A stretch of 64,000 nt of DNA from NCBI RefSeq assembly GCF_009914755.1, contig NC_060932.1. One strand, written 5' to 3'. The translations under genes and the position numbers were made by a program. Numbering within the stretch: the first letter of the stretch is position 1; the number at the start of each line of letters is the position of its first letter. Shown piece by piece: positions 1-12,899 of this stretch. Source of the DNA: the human T2T-CHM13v2.0 reference genome, Homo sapiens. The notes beneath the pieces are model-generated. The model saw only the letters and a program-made list of their open reading frames with translations. It was not told the DNA's origin and ran no database searches.

Positions 1-134
1 GAAAAACTCTTTAGCTCTTCCTTGACCTTCCATTCAAGCAGAATAGTTCTTGCATTGTTTCCTAATCATGCTTCTTCCACCAAATCCTGACTATTGACAA
101 GGCAGGAGCAAAGAACTTCTTGATATTCTGCCTT

Positions 135-250
135 CATCCATTTATTTATTTATTCACACATTTAACAAATATTTATTGAGTATCTATTATGGTTCCAGGG
201 ATTGCATCGGTTTCCAGGTTAAAGCCTAGCCTAGTTTCTGGCACAATTGA
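135..250 (-). mobile_element. L2 LINE 3' end fragment
   Basis: ttcacacatttaacaaatatttattgagtatctattatg is the reverse complement of the L2 3' terminus (ctcaataaatatttgttgaatgaa). Boundaries approximate. Confidence 0.65.
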
Positions 251-1399
251 GAAGCAGTTAGGACATAGAGAGCATAACTGACATGGCCAAGCTTAAATAT
301 ACTTGAAAAATAAAGACTAGATCTATCAATTGTTCCTTCGGCTGTCTCTTAATTAAACCATACCTCACCCCAGTGGCAATTACATTATTCTAAAACTGTC
401 TTTGGAGGGAAAGGACTGTTTCATTAATTTTTGTACCACATGAGCTGACATAAGGATGCCCAGTAAATATTTGTTAGTGGAGACTGTATTTTACAGTGGT
501 AGCTTTTCCATTTGATACAAAACTGAGTTGTTTTTAAAAATATTCCATTGGACAATAAATGTTTTGTGTTTATATTGAAAGACCTAGTCCAACAAAAATT
601 ATATCTTATAATAATAAGATATTCTTTTTTATTTTCTTTTCTTTTTTACTGTAAAGTAAACCCTCTCATTTCATATTCTGTGTAGTAAGCATATTTTCTC
701 TTTGGCTGCTCATTTTCTTTGACATCCGAGATTTGCTTAAATAATTGGCCTGCAACAGCAGTTTGTAATGCCTTTGGTAGTGCCTAGACAACAAGGCATT
801 GTGGTAATTCAGTGGCTTTGTTGAAATAGCTGCTCAGTTTAATAAATACCTATTAAACCTGTTGTTTAACTAATGCACCATTTATTCATCAAACACCCAT
901 TGATAGCCAGTATCACACAAGGTGCTGGGACTGCGCAGATGAATAACACATTGTCCTGAACATTCCAAATAAGAAAAGGACACTGTGCAATCTAGTCCAG
1001 GAAGGATGGGGACAAATGGTTACTAAAGAATGCATTCCGTGGAGATTTGAAGATTACCACCTACTTCTATATCCTTGGCTGCTTATTCTTTTGTTTCAAG
1101 TTCAACAATGCAAATCCCTCAGGGTTTCTTATAGACTTATAATGAAGGATGTTGGATTTAGCCAACATTCCCACATTTCTCAGATACTCTCTGCATCCAA
1201 GTGTGATTAATACTCTTCTGAAGCTCTCCTAAAATGAAGTTAACATAAGCAAGAATGTATTAAAGCAGCATATATTTAAATCCTTTACATTATAAATTGG
1301 CATCATCAGAAACCTGGAATATTAGACATTCTTTTTGTTCCTTATGTTAGTTAAACCTAAGTAACTGTATATAGTAGGCCAATATACTTAACAACAACA

Positions 1400-2055
1400 C
1401 AGTTACTATCTCCACATAAAGCTCATAGCCTAAAGTGGAAAAAAAAAAAGGACAGGAAAACATGTGGCTATACTATGAGAATATGAAAGAAGGAGGCATT
1501 AGCTTTGTTTGGACAAAGGGAGTCAGGTGACTTCTTAGAGGAAAAGACACTTAAATGAATCCTGAAGAATTAAGCACTCATCAAATAGACAAGGGACCAA
1601 AAGTATTTATAGAGGAAAGTCAAGGAGTTAGAAAGCACATGACATTTTAAGGAAACTAAGTGTTTAATAATGCCTTGATGAGCTGGTAGAATCTATTACT
1701 AGTAGAATATATAGGATCTTTATTTTTTACATTGGTGCATTTCAAGCACCTTAATGAGTTCCTGACCCATAGTAGGTGCTCAATAAATATTTGTTAAATG
1801 AGAAGCAAGAGATGTTGTTGGTAAGAAGGAGGAAAATAAGGAAGAAGCAAGGTTGGAACCAGAGATCAGCAAGGGAAACAGGTTCCAGGATAGGGTTTTG
1901 TGGTCATCACTGGGGGGGTCATTAGATCTACGAGACTAGGATTCAGGGAGACATTGAGTGCATTCATTTCCCCATCTCCTTGCACACAACTTCATATCTA
2001 GGGCCTAGTCTCAGGTCTGACACGTAGTAAGAACTCAATCATTATTTGCTGAATG
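1400..2055. mobile_element. Cluster of L2 fragments (minus-strand body about 1400-1690, plus-strand 3' ends about 1700-1800 and 1980-2055)
   Basis: cctgacccatagtaggtgctcaataaatatttgttaaatg and gacacgtagtaagaactcaatcattatttgctgaatg are typical L2 tails. Confidence 0.6.
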
Positions 2056-2384
2056 CAAACATAAAGCTTTTTCTCCCAAAATATTCTGGACACTTCTGCT
2101 TCACTTAACCTGAGAATAGGGACAAAGGTGAGGGAAGGAAGCTCCAAACTGGCTAATTTGTTTATTCCATAGTTTTAATTTTTCTTTCCCCTTCTGGAGA
2201 AAGTTCAAAAAGAAGTAGAAGCAAATCTTGCTGGCCTGGGGTAAGCTAATTCTGGGGCTGCATCCCTTGGTGGTTTCAATATCTTAGAGGAAAGAATGTT
2301 GCGCACTAAACTTTGGAAATATTAGTTCCAGAATTGCTGCTTAGGTATTTTTACCCTCCTATTTTTATTAGGAGGGTAAGGGAA

Positions 2385-2560
2385 GTGCTTGAGCCAGCTC
2401 ATATTGAAATTTTTCCAACTACAAATTTTGCTGGCCACTAGTTAAATATAGTCATCCTTGAAATCAGCCATAATGAGAGTATTTACACAAAAAGATCAGC
2501 AATTGCTACAAAGCAGCGTTGCTTGTGTTTTTGTTTTCTGAGAGCCAGTTTACATCACTG
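2385..2560 (+). mobile_element. MER63-like hAT-Blackjack DNA transposon fossil
   Basis: Begins gtgcttgagccagctc, contains gagagtatttacac...gctacaaagcag and ends gagagccagtttacatcactg, matching the remembered MER63A layout. Confidence 0.65.
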
Positions 2561-3424
2561 AGTGCAAAATTGACTGGAAACTGAATTGTCATAGATAACA
2601 TACTGTTTTCTGTTTGAGGGTAGCTTTTCTGCATAAGACATGAAAAGAAGTGTTGACAAACATAAAAATTTCCCCTAATCATTCCTTGGTTTCACTATCT
2701 CACTTCGTTGACCAGTTGAACCACTGGAACTCAATTGGCAACTGAGTACTGTTCTTCCCACAGAAGGAGATGCCAAGGTCCTATAGTAGGTTCCTCAGAT
2801 CTTCATTGTGTATGATTGAGTTGTAACACACAAGGTATGATATTATGGAGAAAAATGTCCCAGGATCAATTGATCCATGCCTGTAAACTTATGAAAATAT
2901 TGCTATATCAACCAAAATTTGTATTCCTTTATGAATGAGTTATGTTTTACATTATAAATTGTGGGCCTTTACAACGTTCAGTTCTAGAGGATCCGAAGGA
3001 TGGTTGTTGCATGCCTTCCCAACTCTCACAATTCTTGTCTTAATCAGATAAGCCTTTCTAGCAATTATAAAAAGCCGTTTACCTGTAGCAGAAGTTTGGG
3101 AAACTGTTCTATGCTCCCAAATCTGCCTTGTGACTTGAGCAACGACCAGACCTCCTGGATCTTTTCATGTTGCCATAACCCCCTTTCATGCTCAGCCATA
3201 GTTCCCCAAAACTTTACAGTCATCTCATGTTGCATTTTTCGGCTCATCACCAGATAAAGGAGAGAAAAGAACAGTCAGCTGCAAAGTGTGGCTTACTTGG
3301 AGGAATCTTGCAGGGGAATTTGCCTTTGACTCTGTAAAAGCAAAGGACCCATATGAATGTTTGTTACATGACCTTATATTTGGCTGTGCATTGAGACTCA
3401 AGCCACAGACTTGCCAATATGAAG

Positions 3425-3610
3425 TCAATTCATCTTGGATTTAGACCTGAATGGACTCTGCCATGTCTAACCTCTGAGATCTTAGCCAAGCTATTCAACG
3501 TTTCTCACTCTCAGTGCCCTCATCTGGAAAATGGAGATAAGAACAAAAGCAGCATAGGCTTACTAGTCCTTCCTCAACTAAATGGTGTATGTGGCAAAAG
3601 AGAGGAGCTT
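3425..3610 (+). mobile_element. MIR SINE
   Basis: MIR core ctcagtgccctcatctggaaaatggagataa. Confidence 0.7.
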
Positions 3611-3799
3611 CATAAATGTTTTTTGTTTTACTTTATTATTTTTAATATCATAAAACTTTAGCTCAAGGCTACTTTATGCCACATATGGTTTGCTTTGTAG
3701 ATTATAGTGTAGAATATCATAATCATTTATATAGCAATTGTTGCAATGTCTGTGTGACAGTGAAGGCGAACAATACAATTATATAAACACTAATAAAAA

Positions 3800-4030
3800 C
3801 AAACACTTACATAAACTCAACAGGACTTGCCAAGCCCCGGGAGATGTTCTTAATGCTTCACATGTATGAACTCATTTAATGAACAAAGTAACCCTATGAA
3901 GTAGGAACTATATCATTTTCATTTTACAGATCAAAGGAAATGAGGCAAAGAGAGTTTAACTCACCCAAGGTCACCCAGCTATGAAGTACAGAGCCAAGAT
4001 TTAAACCCAGGGAGTTTGTTCCCTGAAACA
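3800..4030 (-). mobile_element. MIR SINE
   Basis: cattttacagat...gaaatgaggc...cccaaggtcacccagct...gagccaagatttaaacccagg. Confidence 0.8.
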
Positions 4031-4339
4031 CTAAACTATCTCATCCTTTACACTGAAGAAGGCATTTTATATGTATTACCTCACTGACTTCACAATAACC
4101 CTGAGAAATAAGCTGCTCTAGAAATTCTCTGGCATTCTTCCCTTGGGCTCCAGCCTGGTTTGCTCTCTCTGAATCTTAGCCTCAGCTATGCCCATGGCTC
4201 ACAGCATTCGATCTTGCTGCCTTGAAGCTGAAGACTGCACTTCCTGGCTGATTCACTCTCTAGAGCTGTGTAACTCATGGCCATTCCAGAGACAATAGCC
4301 CCTGCTGGCATCAATGAGGCTGACAGCCTGGGATTTTAA

Positions 4340-4900
4340 TCAAGGCTCTTTTGGTTGCAAGTAAAAGAAAAAAAAATAACTACACAAATGAGTTTAAGGA
4401 GGAAGAGTTGGAAAGGTGGAGTTTATTCAAAGAAAACACAGATATTCCCTAGAACCCAAAGGAAATACAGTCAGAAGAGGTTAAAAGCTGGAAACAGAAA
4501 CCGGTAGAAGAAAAAAAAATTGAGCCCCAAACTTTCTCAGTCCCTCACTCTAGGATATCATGCTCCACCCCAAAGTTTGTTTAAATGCCTCCTTTATGCT
4601 TTTCTTTCTACACACTTGTTTTCTCTCCTTCTCTAGGTACAAAAAATGGCCATCCTCTAATTCCAAAATTCACATGCCTCTCATTTGTAACCAGCAGAAT
4701 CTAACATCTTTGAATTCCAATTCGAATCCTGAATTGGAAGAATATGGTTGGCCCTTTTAGGGGGTCATGTATCCACTCTTGTTTCTATAAGCCATATGGG
4801 AGGCCACTACTGGGGGAATAGGGTCACAGTAAAATTATTGTGGCCAAGGCCCACATCATAGGAAGATAGCAGCTATCCAAAAAAAGGGCCCGGCTTATTG
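4340..4900. mobile_element. Old MaLR LTR relic (MLT1K/L-like)
   Basis: Starts aggctcttttggttgcaagtaaaagaaa, typical of MLT1K/L-type termini. Highly diverged. Confidence 0.4.
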
Positions 4901-5599
4901 GATGGGCAGAAACCCCAGGAAAAATCTATTCTATGTAAGGTATCCTCTTGCATTAAGAACTTTGCCATCCCTCAGTGCCATCCTTCTCTTTGCCATTAAG
5001 TTTCTGATTACTATGTTATTCACCCGATTCCTGCAAATAGCTTTTTATCGTAGTAATGAAATATCTTCTCCAGCATAAAATTCTCTGTCAGAACATAGCT
5101 CCATGTGATTACAGCTCAATGTGGGTGGTATAACCTAATGTACACTGTAATAGATGGAGAATATTCTCAAAACTATGAAATATGTTTTTCAAGATGTCAA
5201 AATGAAGGAGTTTAAAATGCTCTCCTGTTTTAAAATTTAGGGTGTTTTTCAAGTGTACATTTACTTATCACATGGAATCTTTGTCACTCTGAAAAAACCT
5301 CTGAAAATTATAGCTTTAAATCAGAACACTTATTGTTCAGCAACATTCTCTGTTTATAGAAATACTGCTGAGAACAGGAGACGACTGTTTTTCCTGCTCA
5401 AAACTAAAGACTCTCTGCCAGGTATTTTTTTTTTTAATATTAGCTATACTCAAAAACTGCATATTTAAACACAATATTTTTTTCTTAAGACAATATCAGG
5501 ATTATTTCATGAACCCTGAATAATAGTCTAAGACTAAATGTAAAACTTGGGCTTCTATTCTGTTCATCTCTCTGATGGGCTTAACAAATCCAGGTATCA

Positions 5600-5770
5600 G
5601 AAAATCCAGCTCTTCTCTTCCTTACTGAGACCAAAAGCAAGTGATTTAATCTCTCTGAGCCTCACTTTCTCCATTTTTAAATAAGAATAACTCTCCCTAC
5701 CTTTTAGGATTCTCATGTAAGGCTCTTAACAGAGTCCCTGTAGTAAAGCAGATGCTCAATAAATGTTTAT
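5600..5770 (+). mobile_element. MIR SINE
   Basis: gcaagtgatttaatctctctgagcctcactttctccatttttaaataag...gctcaataaatg. Confidence 0.75.
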
Positions 5771-6179
5771 CCGTTTCTTTATTTATCCAACCATTTCTCT
5801 TTCTGGCATAGAGCCCATTCTATTTTACACTGGTCCATCTCATGAGAGGAGTCAGTAACACCTCACTAACCTGGTATTTACATGACAATTTTGTTAACTG
5901 GCTTTGTATTCAGATATCTGCCATGTGCCAGGTAACATTGTAGAAAAGAGGGCACAATTAAATTCTTCGTATCTTTTCTGGCCTATGAGTATTTCCAGTA
6001 GGAAACTGCTCCTATATATGTATGTGAGCAAACAAAAGACGCACATTACAGCAACAAAAGGATTTTAGGTTGTATGAGAGATCATGTGGGCAAACTGCCC
6101 ATACTTCCCCACTCAGCTTCTACACTACCCACTCACAGGCCACTGAGTCACCATCTCATAAGCCTATGTCTATGTGGCA

Positions 6180-6540
6180 CCCAGAATACAAATAATTGAT
6201 TTTTTGTGTTACTTTAAATTTCTTTGACTATTATTAAGTCTTCTCAATTTTTATAGGTTCATTTGCTCTATTTTATTTTTCTAACTACTAGGTCGTGTCT
6301 TTTACAATATGTCTATTATATTGTTGGCTGATTATTTTCCCTTAGTTAATTAGTAAGAGATCATTATATATTTATGATATTATTTGTCTGCCAAATATGT
6401 TGCAAATACCTTTCCCAGTTTGTTGTTTTATTCCTTTATTTTCCCTTTTTAACCAAATAGTAATAAAATTTTAGATATTTAAAACTATCCATAGTTAACT
6501 TTATTTTTTTTCTATTCATTTTGTTTTTAGAAAATTGTGA
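6180..6540 (-). mobile_element. Old L1 (L1ME-like) fragment
   Basis: T-rich antisense ORF2-end-like sequence (atatgttgcaaatacctttcccagtttgttg). Confidence 0.55.
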
Positions 6541-7029
6541 TACCTAAACAACTATCCCAAATTTCTGTAGAGTAGCTTAAGATAGAAGAATTTATTGAAT
6601 GAAATAGAAGTAAGCAAATTTGGGTCAATATGCAAGATTCAACCCAAATGAGGTCCAGAAGCAGAGAATCCGTCCCAAATTGTAAGTTTGGATTTAATAA
6701 TGAGCAGGACTCTGAGGCCGTTTAACACTCTGCTCTTTCCAATATGCCATACATAGCCTTTCAAGTGAACAGAACTCAGATGTGGAAAGGCAGGAACCCT
6801 TTACACGGACTGGAACAAATTGTGAAGGCTTAACTGGAGCAAGAATATATGCCAGAAGGGGTAGATTCATGGCCCCGAGCTGCCAACCTAGGACAATTTT
6901 AATATCCCTTGTCCAGAGAATGGACCAGCTTTGATTTCCTAATCCTTCTTGTGCCCATAGTAATATTACAGTAATGCGGCCAGTGAAAATCCATGTAGCC
7001 ATTCCAGAATGTACCAACCATGGGGAAGG

Positions 7030-7240
7030 AAGTACCTCACATGTTTTGAACACCTGTTACAGGACAGGTATCGTACATGTCTTATCTTTAATTTTCACAG
7101 TAACACTTTGTGATAGGAATTATTATTCTTATTTCACAGATGAAGAAACTGAGGCTCAGTGAAATTAACTCTTTTACTCAATGTTAAACAGCAAACAACT
7201 TATAGGGACAGAACTGGAACCCAGGCCTCTCTAATGAACA
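7030..7240 (-). mobile_element. MIR SINE
   Basis: atttcacagatgaagaaactgaggctcag core. Confidence 0.8.
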
Positions 7241-7769
7241 TCAGCTTTTATTTATGTTAACATAAAACTTCTTGTGGCCAAGTTTCCATAAAAAGTTGAA
7301 CCCTTTTTAGTCAAAACATACCTTCCTCGGTCTGGTGATGGGTATTATCTCTTTACTCTAAAATTCATGGCTTTCTTTCACTTGAAAAATCTAAGCATAT
7401 TTGCAGCCAAGGCATCTATCTGTCAGATTGCTGTGGGAAGTCCCAGTGCTGGCTAAAATGGGCTACAGCCTTTTGAGCTGAGCTAAAAATAAGAGTCAAA
7501 CTCCTTGAGGGACTTTATCTCCCACTCTTATTTCATTAATGGAAAACACTGTATTGCCCTTTCCCTGACCTCTTTTGCAAAAGAAGAAAGTGCTTCTCTA
7601 TACCAAGACTCCCAAGCGTAAAAGAGAACTAATGAAATCATATGGTCCAAACCCCTGCATCAAGGCAATATGGTACATCCTTTTCAGAAAAGACGATTCC
7701 ATCATTTGCTATGGAATTCAATTCACTTTCAGACACTTGGACATAATCCAAGAGACAAGAAGGAAACAT

Positions 7770-8520
7770 TAAGAGGTCTTAAGCAGTAGATGGCATGGTT
7801 TTGTTTTAGATAAACCAATGTGAGATAATGTAGATGATGAAATTGAGTGTCCAACTTTGGAAAAGTAAGGAGACATTTGTAGAAGCTCAAAAGATGATAA
7901 GAATCTAAATTGCAGCCTGCTGGTTGTAGTAGAAATAAAGAACAGGGACATACTCAGAGAATCACACGTAATTTAATTGCTAGGAATAAAGGTGAACAAA
8001 CTGATAGCATCATAACAAAATAACGAAAACCAACATTTATCATATGCCTACCATGTTCCAGACCAAAACTCACTACTCTGTTAGCATGGTAATATTTTAT
8101 GCTCTCAACCAAACCTAGGTAGGTTATATCATCTTGTTTATATTATGTAATAAAAAAGCAAAGTGTATAGGAGTTAATTTTATTCCCCAAGACAGCTAAG
8201 AAACACCTAAGAAAAACTAGGATTTGACTCCACATCCATTTGGTTGAAGTGTAGGAAACTGGCTATGGATAAGGAGCATAACTAAGAACAGAAGAGGAAA
8301 AACTGGTTTTGAAGGAAAGTATCGAGTTCAGTTAACTAATTTTGGGATTGTCAGAGGAGGTGTCATCAGATATCCAGAAATGTCTGAGAAGAATTGAGAA
8401 GCCAACATAAATGGTGATGGGGAAGCATGAGAGAGGATGATATGAATACATGAGAGATGCAGAGTGAGATGAGTGGAGGACTGAGATGGAATCCTGGAGA
8501 AAAACTGGGTTCAAAGGGTG
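7770..8520 (-). mobile_element. L2 fragments interrupted by a MIR (about 8030-8250)
   Basis: Purine-rich antisense L2 body (gagttcagtt...ttttgggattgtcagagg), with MIR-like sequence in between. Confidence 0.5.
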
Positions 8521-8569
8521 AAATATGGAGACAATATTAAAAAAAAAGAAGGAAGAAACATCTAGAGCA

Positions 8570-8800
8570 TAATAACAATAGCCAATATGTATTGATCACA
8601 CACTAAGTATAAGCACTATTCTAAATGCATTACATGAGTAATATAATTCTCACAATTCAAGTGATAGGTACTATTATCATCAACCTTTTCCAAAGGAGAG
8701 AGTTAGAACATAAGGTTGTTACGTAACTTAGCCAAGGTCGTACAGTTAGGGAGTAAGAAGCCAGGATTTGTACCCAGAGAGTTTAGGACCAGAGCACATG
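8570..8800 (-). mobile_element. MIR SINE
   Basis: aacttagccaaggtcgtacagttag...gccaggatttgtacccag. Confidence 0.75.
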
Positions 8801-8819
8801 TTTTATTTTCTTTTCCTAA

Positions 8820-9390
8820 AAACTTTTTAATTGAAGTATAACCTGTATACAAAAAGCTCACACAGGATAAACACACAACACAATTTTTCACAGAATGACA
8901 CGTTTATGTAACCACCATCAATTGGGTCAGGAAACAGAATACTGCCAGCGGTACAGAAGCCCCTTCCTAACCCACCCTGAATCGCTATTCCTTCCTCCCC
9001 TCCAAGTAGAACAATGATATGACATCTAACTCCATAGATCAGTTTTGACTATCTTTGAGCTTTATATAAATTAAATTTTGCAGTTTGTATCTTCTTTATC
9101 TAGCTTCATATTCCATGTTCTTTTCTAAGTTTATCCATGTTGTTGCTTTAGCTGTTATGCCTACATTCCGTCACTGTGCAGTTCAATTTTGTGAACGTAC
9201 CAAAATGTATACATCTATCCTACTAATGATGGAAATTTGCATTTTTCCCATTTTTGACCTAATACAAATAGTTCAGCTATAAACATACTTCTATCTTTTG
9301 TTTCATATGTGCACACATTTCTATTGAGTATATAACTAGGGGTAAAATGACTAGATCATTAGATAGGTTCAACTTTACCAGATAATGTTA
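8820..9390 (-). mobile_element. L1MC/L1ME-type 3' end
   Basis: tttttaattgaagtataac...gtaaccaccatc...cagaatactgccagc is the antisense of an old L1 3' UTR. Confidence 0.7.
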
Positions 9391-9439
9391 AATAGATTGT
9401 TTTTAATCTCATAAAGTTACACATATACACTTATAAATA

Positions 9440-10425
9440 ATATATCTAATAAAGTATTTATATCCATAATATATAGAAAATTCTCACAACTCAAAAATAA
9501 TGCAATTTTAAAAGAGTAAAATATGCAAATAGACATTTCACTAAAGATTATATACAAATGGACAATAAGCACATGAAAAGATGCTGAAGATCATTAGTCA
9601 ACAGAAAATGAAAATTAAAACCACAGTAAAATAACCCTACATATCCACTAGAGTGGCTATAATCAAAAGGCTGACAATATCAAGTGTTGGCAAGAAAGTG
9701 GAGAAATTGAAGCCCTCACACATTATTAGTGGGAATGTAAAATGATACAGCCTCTTTAGATGACAATTCAGCAGTTTCTTAAAAATGATAAATTTAAAAT
9801 GCATTTAATTGTATACTTTAAAAGGATGACTTTATATTATATGAATCATAGCTCAATAATCCTATTTAAAATTTACCAGATAACCCAGAAATTCTATTCA
9901 TAGGTATTTACCCAATGGAAGTAAAAGCCCATATCCTTTCAAAGATTTGTACACAAACATTTATAACAGCATTATCCATAGTAGCTCCAAACTAAAAACA
10001 ATATAAATGTCTATCAACTGGTGACTGAATAAAAAAATGTAACATAACATACGATGAAAGCTTATTCAGCAATAAAAAGGAATAACTCATGTAACATGGA
10101 TGTACCTCAAAAAACACCATGATAAGTAAATGAAACCAGATATACAAAACTATATACGTGTGATTCCATTTACACGAAATGCCCATGAAAGACAAATCCG
10201 TAGAGATAGAAAGTGAACAAATATGTGGTTTAGGGTCTCACTAGGGATTACCTACCTATAAGAGCACCAGGGAACTTTTTGGATAATGGAACTATTCTAA
10301 AACCCGACGTGGTCATGGTTGTATTAGTCTATAATTTTACAAAATATCATTGAATTAGACACTCACAATGGGTACATTTTATTAGTTATAAGTTATACCT
10401 CAATAAAACAAAGTAAAATAAAAAG
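9440..10425 (+). mobile_element. L1MB/ME-type ORF2 end plus 3' UTR
   Basis: aagcacatgaaaagatgct...gtgggaatgtaaaatg...tatacctcaataaa followed by an A-rich tail. Confidence 0.85.
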
Positions 10426-10599
10426 TTATCTTCTTCACAAAGACATCTGGACCTTCAAACCCTATTGTTCCCCACAAACATGTCAAAATCAGTAGTTATC
10501 CATCAGCATTTCTATGGTTTATTAGCCCATTCCCTCAATTAGGATATAAGTATAGTAAAGTCATGAACTTCTCTTAACTATGTGTTTCATTTTAATGTC

Positions 10600-10735
10600 T
10601 TTTTATGAACATGCATCTTCCTACAGTCTATAAGTGCTTTCAGGATAGTACAGGCATCCCAAGTATCTAACACAATGCCTGAAAGCATACACTTGCTCAC
10701 TGAATCTTTATTGAAGAATGAGTGTACTGAATTCA
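10600..10735 (+). mobile_element. L2 3' end
   Basis: tatctaacacaatgcctg...gctcactgaatcttattgaagaatgag-like L2 terminus. Confidence 0.55.
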
Positions 10736-10866
10736 TAAATATATTAGCACATAAGAAAAACAGAAATTTGTTATTAAATGTCCATATGACCTATCATAAA
10801 TTAATAATGTGTTTTCATTAACTTTTATGATTTGATTTTAGAGCAGTTCCCTGAGGTATGAGACAA

Positions 10867-10912
10867 GATGATAGACAGATAGATAGATAGGTAGATAGAT
10901 AGATAGATAGAT

Positions 10913-10958
<46 letters not shown>

Positions 10959-10968
10959 CAGATAGATA
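10867..10968 (+). repeat. Compound GATA tetranucleotide microsatellite: GAT GATA GACA (GATA)3 GGTA (GATA)4 GAT (GATA)11 GACA (GATA)2
   Basis: Read directly from the sequence. Confidence 0.97.
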
Positions 10969-11324
10969 TGCTTTTTACAGGTCTAAGAAAAAAATTTACA
11001 AAGCTAGGCATAAAGTTCAGAACTGCAGCTCCCGTTACTTATTCTGCCATACTGGAGTAAATTAAATCATGTCATTCAGGTGGAAAAGAAGTACGTTCCT
11101 TAAAAATGAATATATTTGGAGGAGCTTTGGACAACCATTAAGTACATTTGTTGGACACTTTGTCAATGCAGTGTACCAAATATCATGTCTAATGTTACTT
11201 CTTTCATTTGACAAGAGGAACATGTGACTCCTCTTGCTGGTCTCTCGTGTGCCTGATAGAAATCAAGATATTTAATCTCTCCTGTCCCATATCTCCCACT
11301 CCACCATCAAAACCTATACTGAGA

Positions 11325-11475
11325 CACAACCACACATATACCCACAAATTCACAGTGCACAATCATGAATTCACATTTTTCACGTATTTATACACACTTT
11401 TATGCTACCCACAACAACACATCCATCAATATTCATATAAGTACAAGAACACTCATTGCACAGCTCACATCATAT
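11325..11475 (+). repeat. Degenerate CA-rich low-complexity tract
   Basis: cacacatatacccacaaattcac...cacaacaacacatcc. Confidence 0.5.
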
Positions 11476-12069
11476 GAAATGCAAAAGATGTCTTCTATGT
11501 TACTGCAGTACACAACCTGTGGCATCTAACTTGGCAAGCTTGCTTACTCACCCATTCAGAAATTCACAAATCTAGGAGTCTTCTTTCTCTCTAATGCTGC
11601 CTTTCCCCAAGTATAACAAAATGATTTTTTTTTAAAAAAGAGTAAAGTGAGAGGAATTTTTAAGAAGTGAGATAGTGACCTGAACACGTGAAATCAGAAA
11701 GAGATATCAATAAGATAAATTGCTCACACCTTGCTGCCTAAGACCATATTCAGATGGAGATAAATGGATATTGTCGACCTTACCAGACAGGCAGCAATTA
11801 TGACTATTTTATCCTCAGAAAATATAAAAATTAGATGAAGACAAAGCTAAGAACATGGGCATGCAAATCAAAGCCATAATTTCACAGTTTTCTAGTTGCC
11901 CCTATAGTCCTGACAATGCAAATATTTTTATTTTCATTTATGATTAAATATGAAAAGCTGTAGCAAACATTTTGAGTTATAGACTATGTTAGAATTCATT
12001 TATAAGTCATAAAGGTCATTAATCTTAACCTTGATCTGTAGCTTGACTTCTAAAAATAGTTCTGTTAGG

Positions 12070-12300
12070 GTGAAGTTAAGGATCCCAGAATCAGAATGCG
12101 GATTTAATAGCCATGTGATGTTAGATAAGTTCCTTAGTGTCTTTTGCCTTAGTTTTTTAAATCTATACCTGAGAATATATTATTATGTATTCATTATTTA
12201 TAACACAAGAAAATATATATTACTTATGAATGCATCCGTTGGTTGAGGATTATGGTGGTAATAATGAAGGTTATAACAAGTAAATGTTTAAATGTTAGCT
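12070..12300 (+). mobile_element. MIR SINE
   Basis: gtgatgttagataagttccttagtgtcttttgccttagtttttt core, ending taaatgttagct. Confidence 0.6.
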
Positions 12301-12301
12301 C

Positions 12302-12519
12302 CAGCCTGGGCAACATAGAGAGACCCTGTCCCTATTAAAAAAAAAAAAAATTACCTGGATATGGTGGCACATGCCTGTAGTCCCATCTAACTTGTGGGGC
12401 TGGGCTGAGGTGGAAGGATTGCTTGAGTGTAGGGGTTGAGGCTGCAGTGAGTTGTGATCACACCACTGCACTCCAGCCTGGGTGGCAGAGTGACATCTTG
12501 TCTCCAAAAAATAAATAAA
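12302..12519 (+). mobile_element. 5'-truncated AluJ
   Basis: AluJ-type ggattgcttgag and gtgatcacaccactgcac. Exact 13-bp TSD TAAATGTTAGCTC at 12289-12301 and 12520-12532. Confidence 0.92.
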
Positions 12520-12899
12520 TAAATGTTAGCTCTCTCTCCCTAGCCAGGCCATATTTAAAGCATTACTAAATCTCACTTTACAAAGATCCTCTGTACCTGT
12601 TACCCCATGCACACCTCACTTCTAGCCATAAACATTGTCATTGCATCAAGACTGTATTTCATGACACCAATGTTCTGTTGGCCATCCTGCCCCGAAATTT
12701 CTGCCCCCTAAATCATTCATGCAATTCCCATTCATCCAAAACCTGAACATAATCCAACCTTTCATACAGAGATACAAAAGATTACAAGAGGGAGCATTTG
12801 TGAAAATTGTTTTACACTCCCCACCTAGTTTAAACAGTTACTTTAAAAAATAATTTCAAGTTTACCTCAGTAACTCTGTTTGTGATTTACACAAGTGAT

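Noticed and set aside
753-823. Pre-miRNA-like fold
   Set aside because: Only 8 Watson-Crick pairs in the core, and the rest depends on G-U pairs and bulges. Too weak to call.
2351-2379. Perfect 11-bp inverted repeat TTACCCTCCTA/TAGGAGGGTAA with a 7-nt loop
   Set aside because: Real, but a single stem of this size is not far from chance expectation in 64 kb. Bacterial-type terminators are irrelevant here.
3075-3110. Second minus-strand AG|GT motif (cttctgctacag|gtaaac), with similar ones near 16926, 33770 and 54676
   Set aside because: Poor pyrimidine tracts or weak donors, some inside repeats. They show the background rate of such motifs.
8820-10425. Opposite-orientation L1 pair as a twin-priming inversion
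   Set aside because: Both pieces carry their own 3' ends, so they are two separate insertions.
10867-10968. Assigning the STR to a named forensic locus, or the window to a named gene
   Set aside because: The structure does not match any locus I can recall with confidence, and no exon identifies a host gene.
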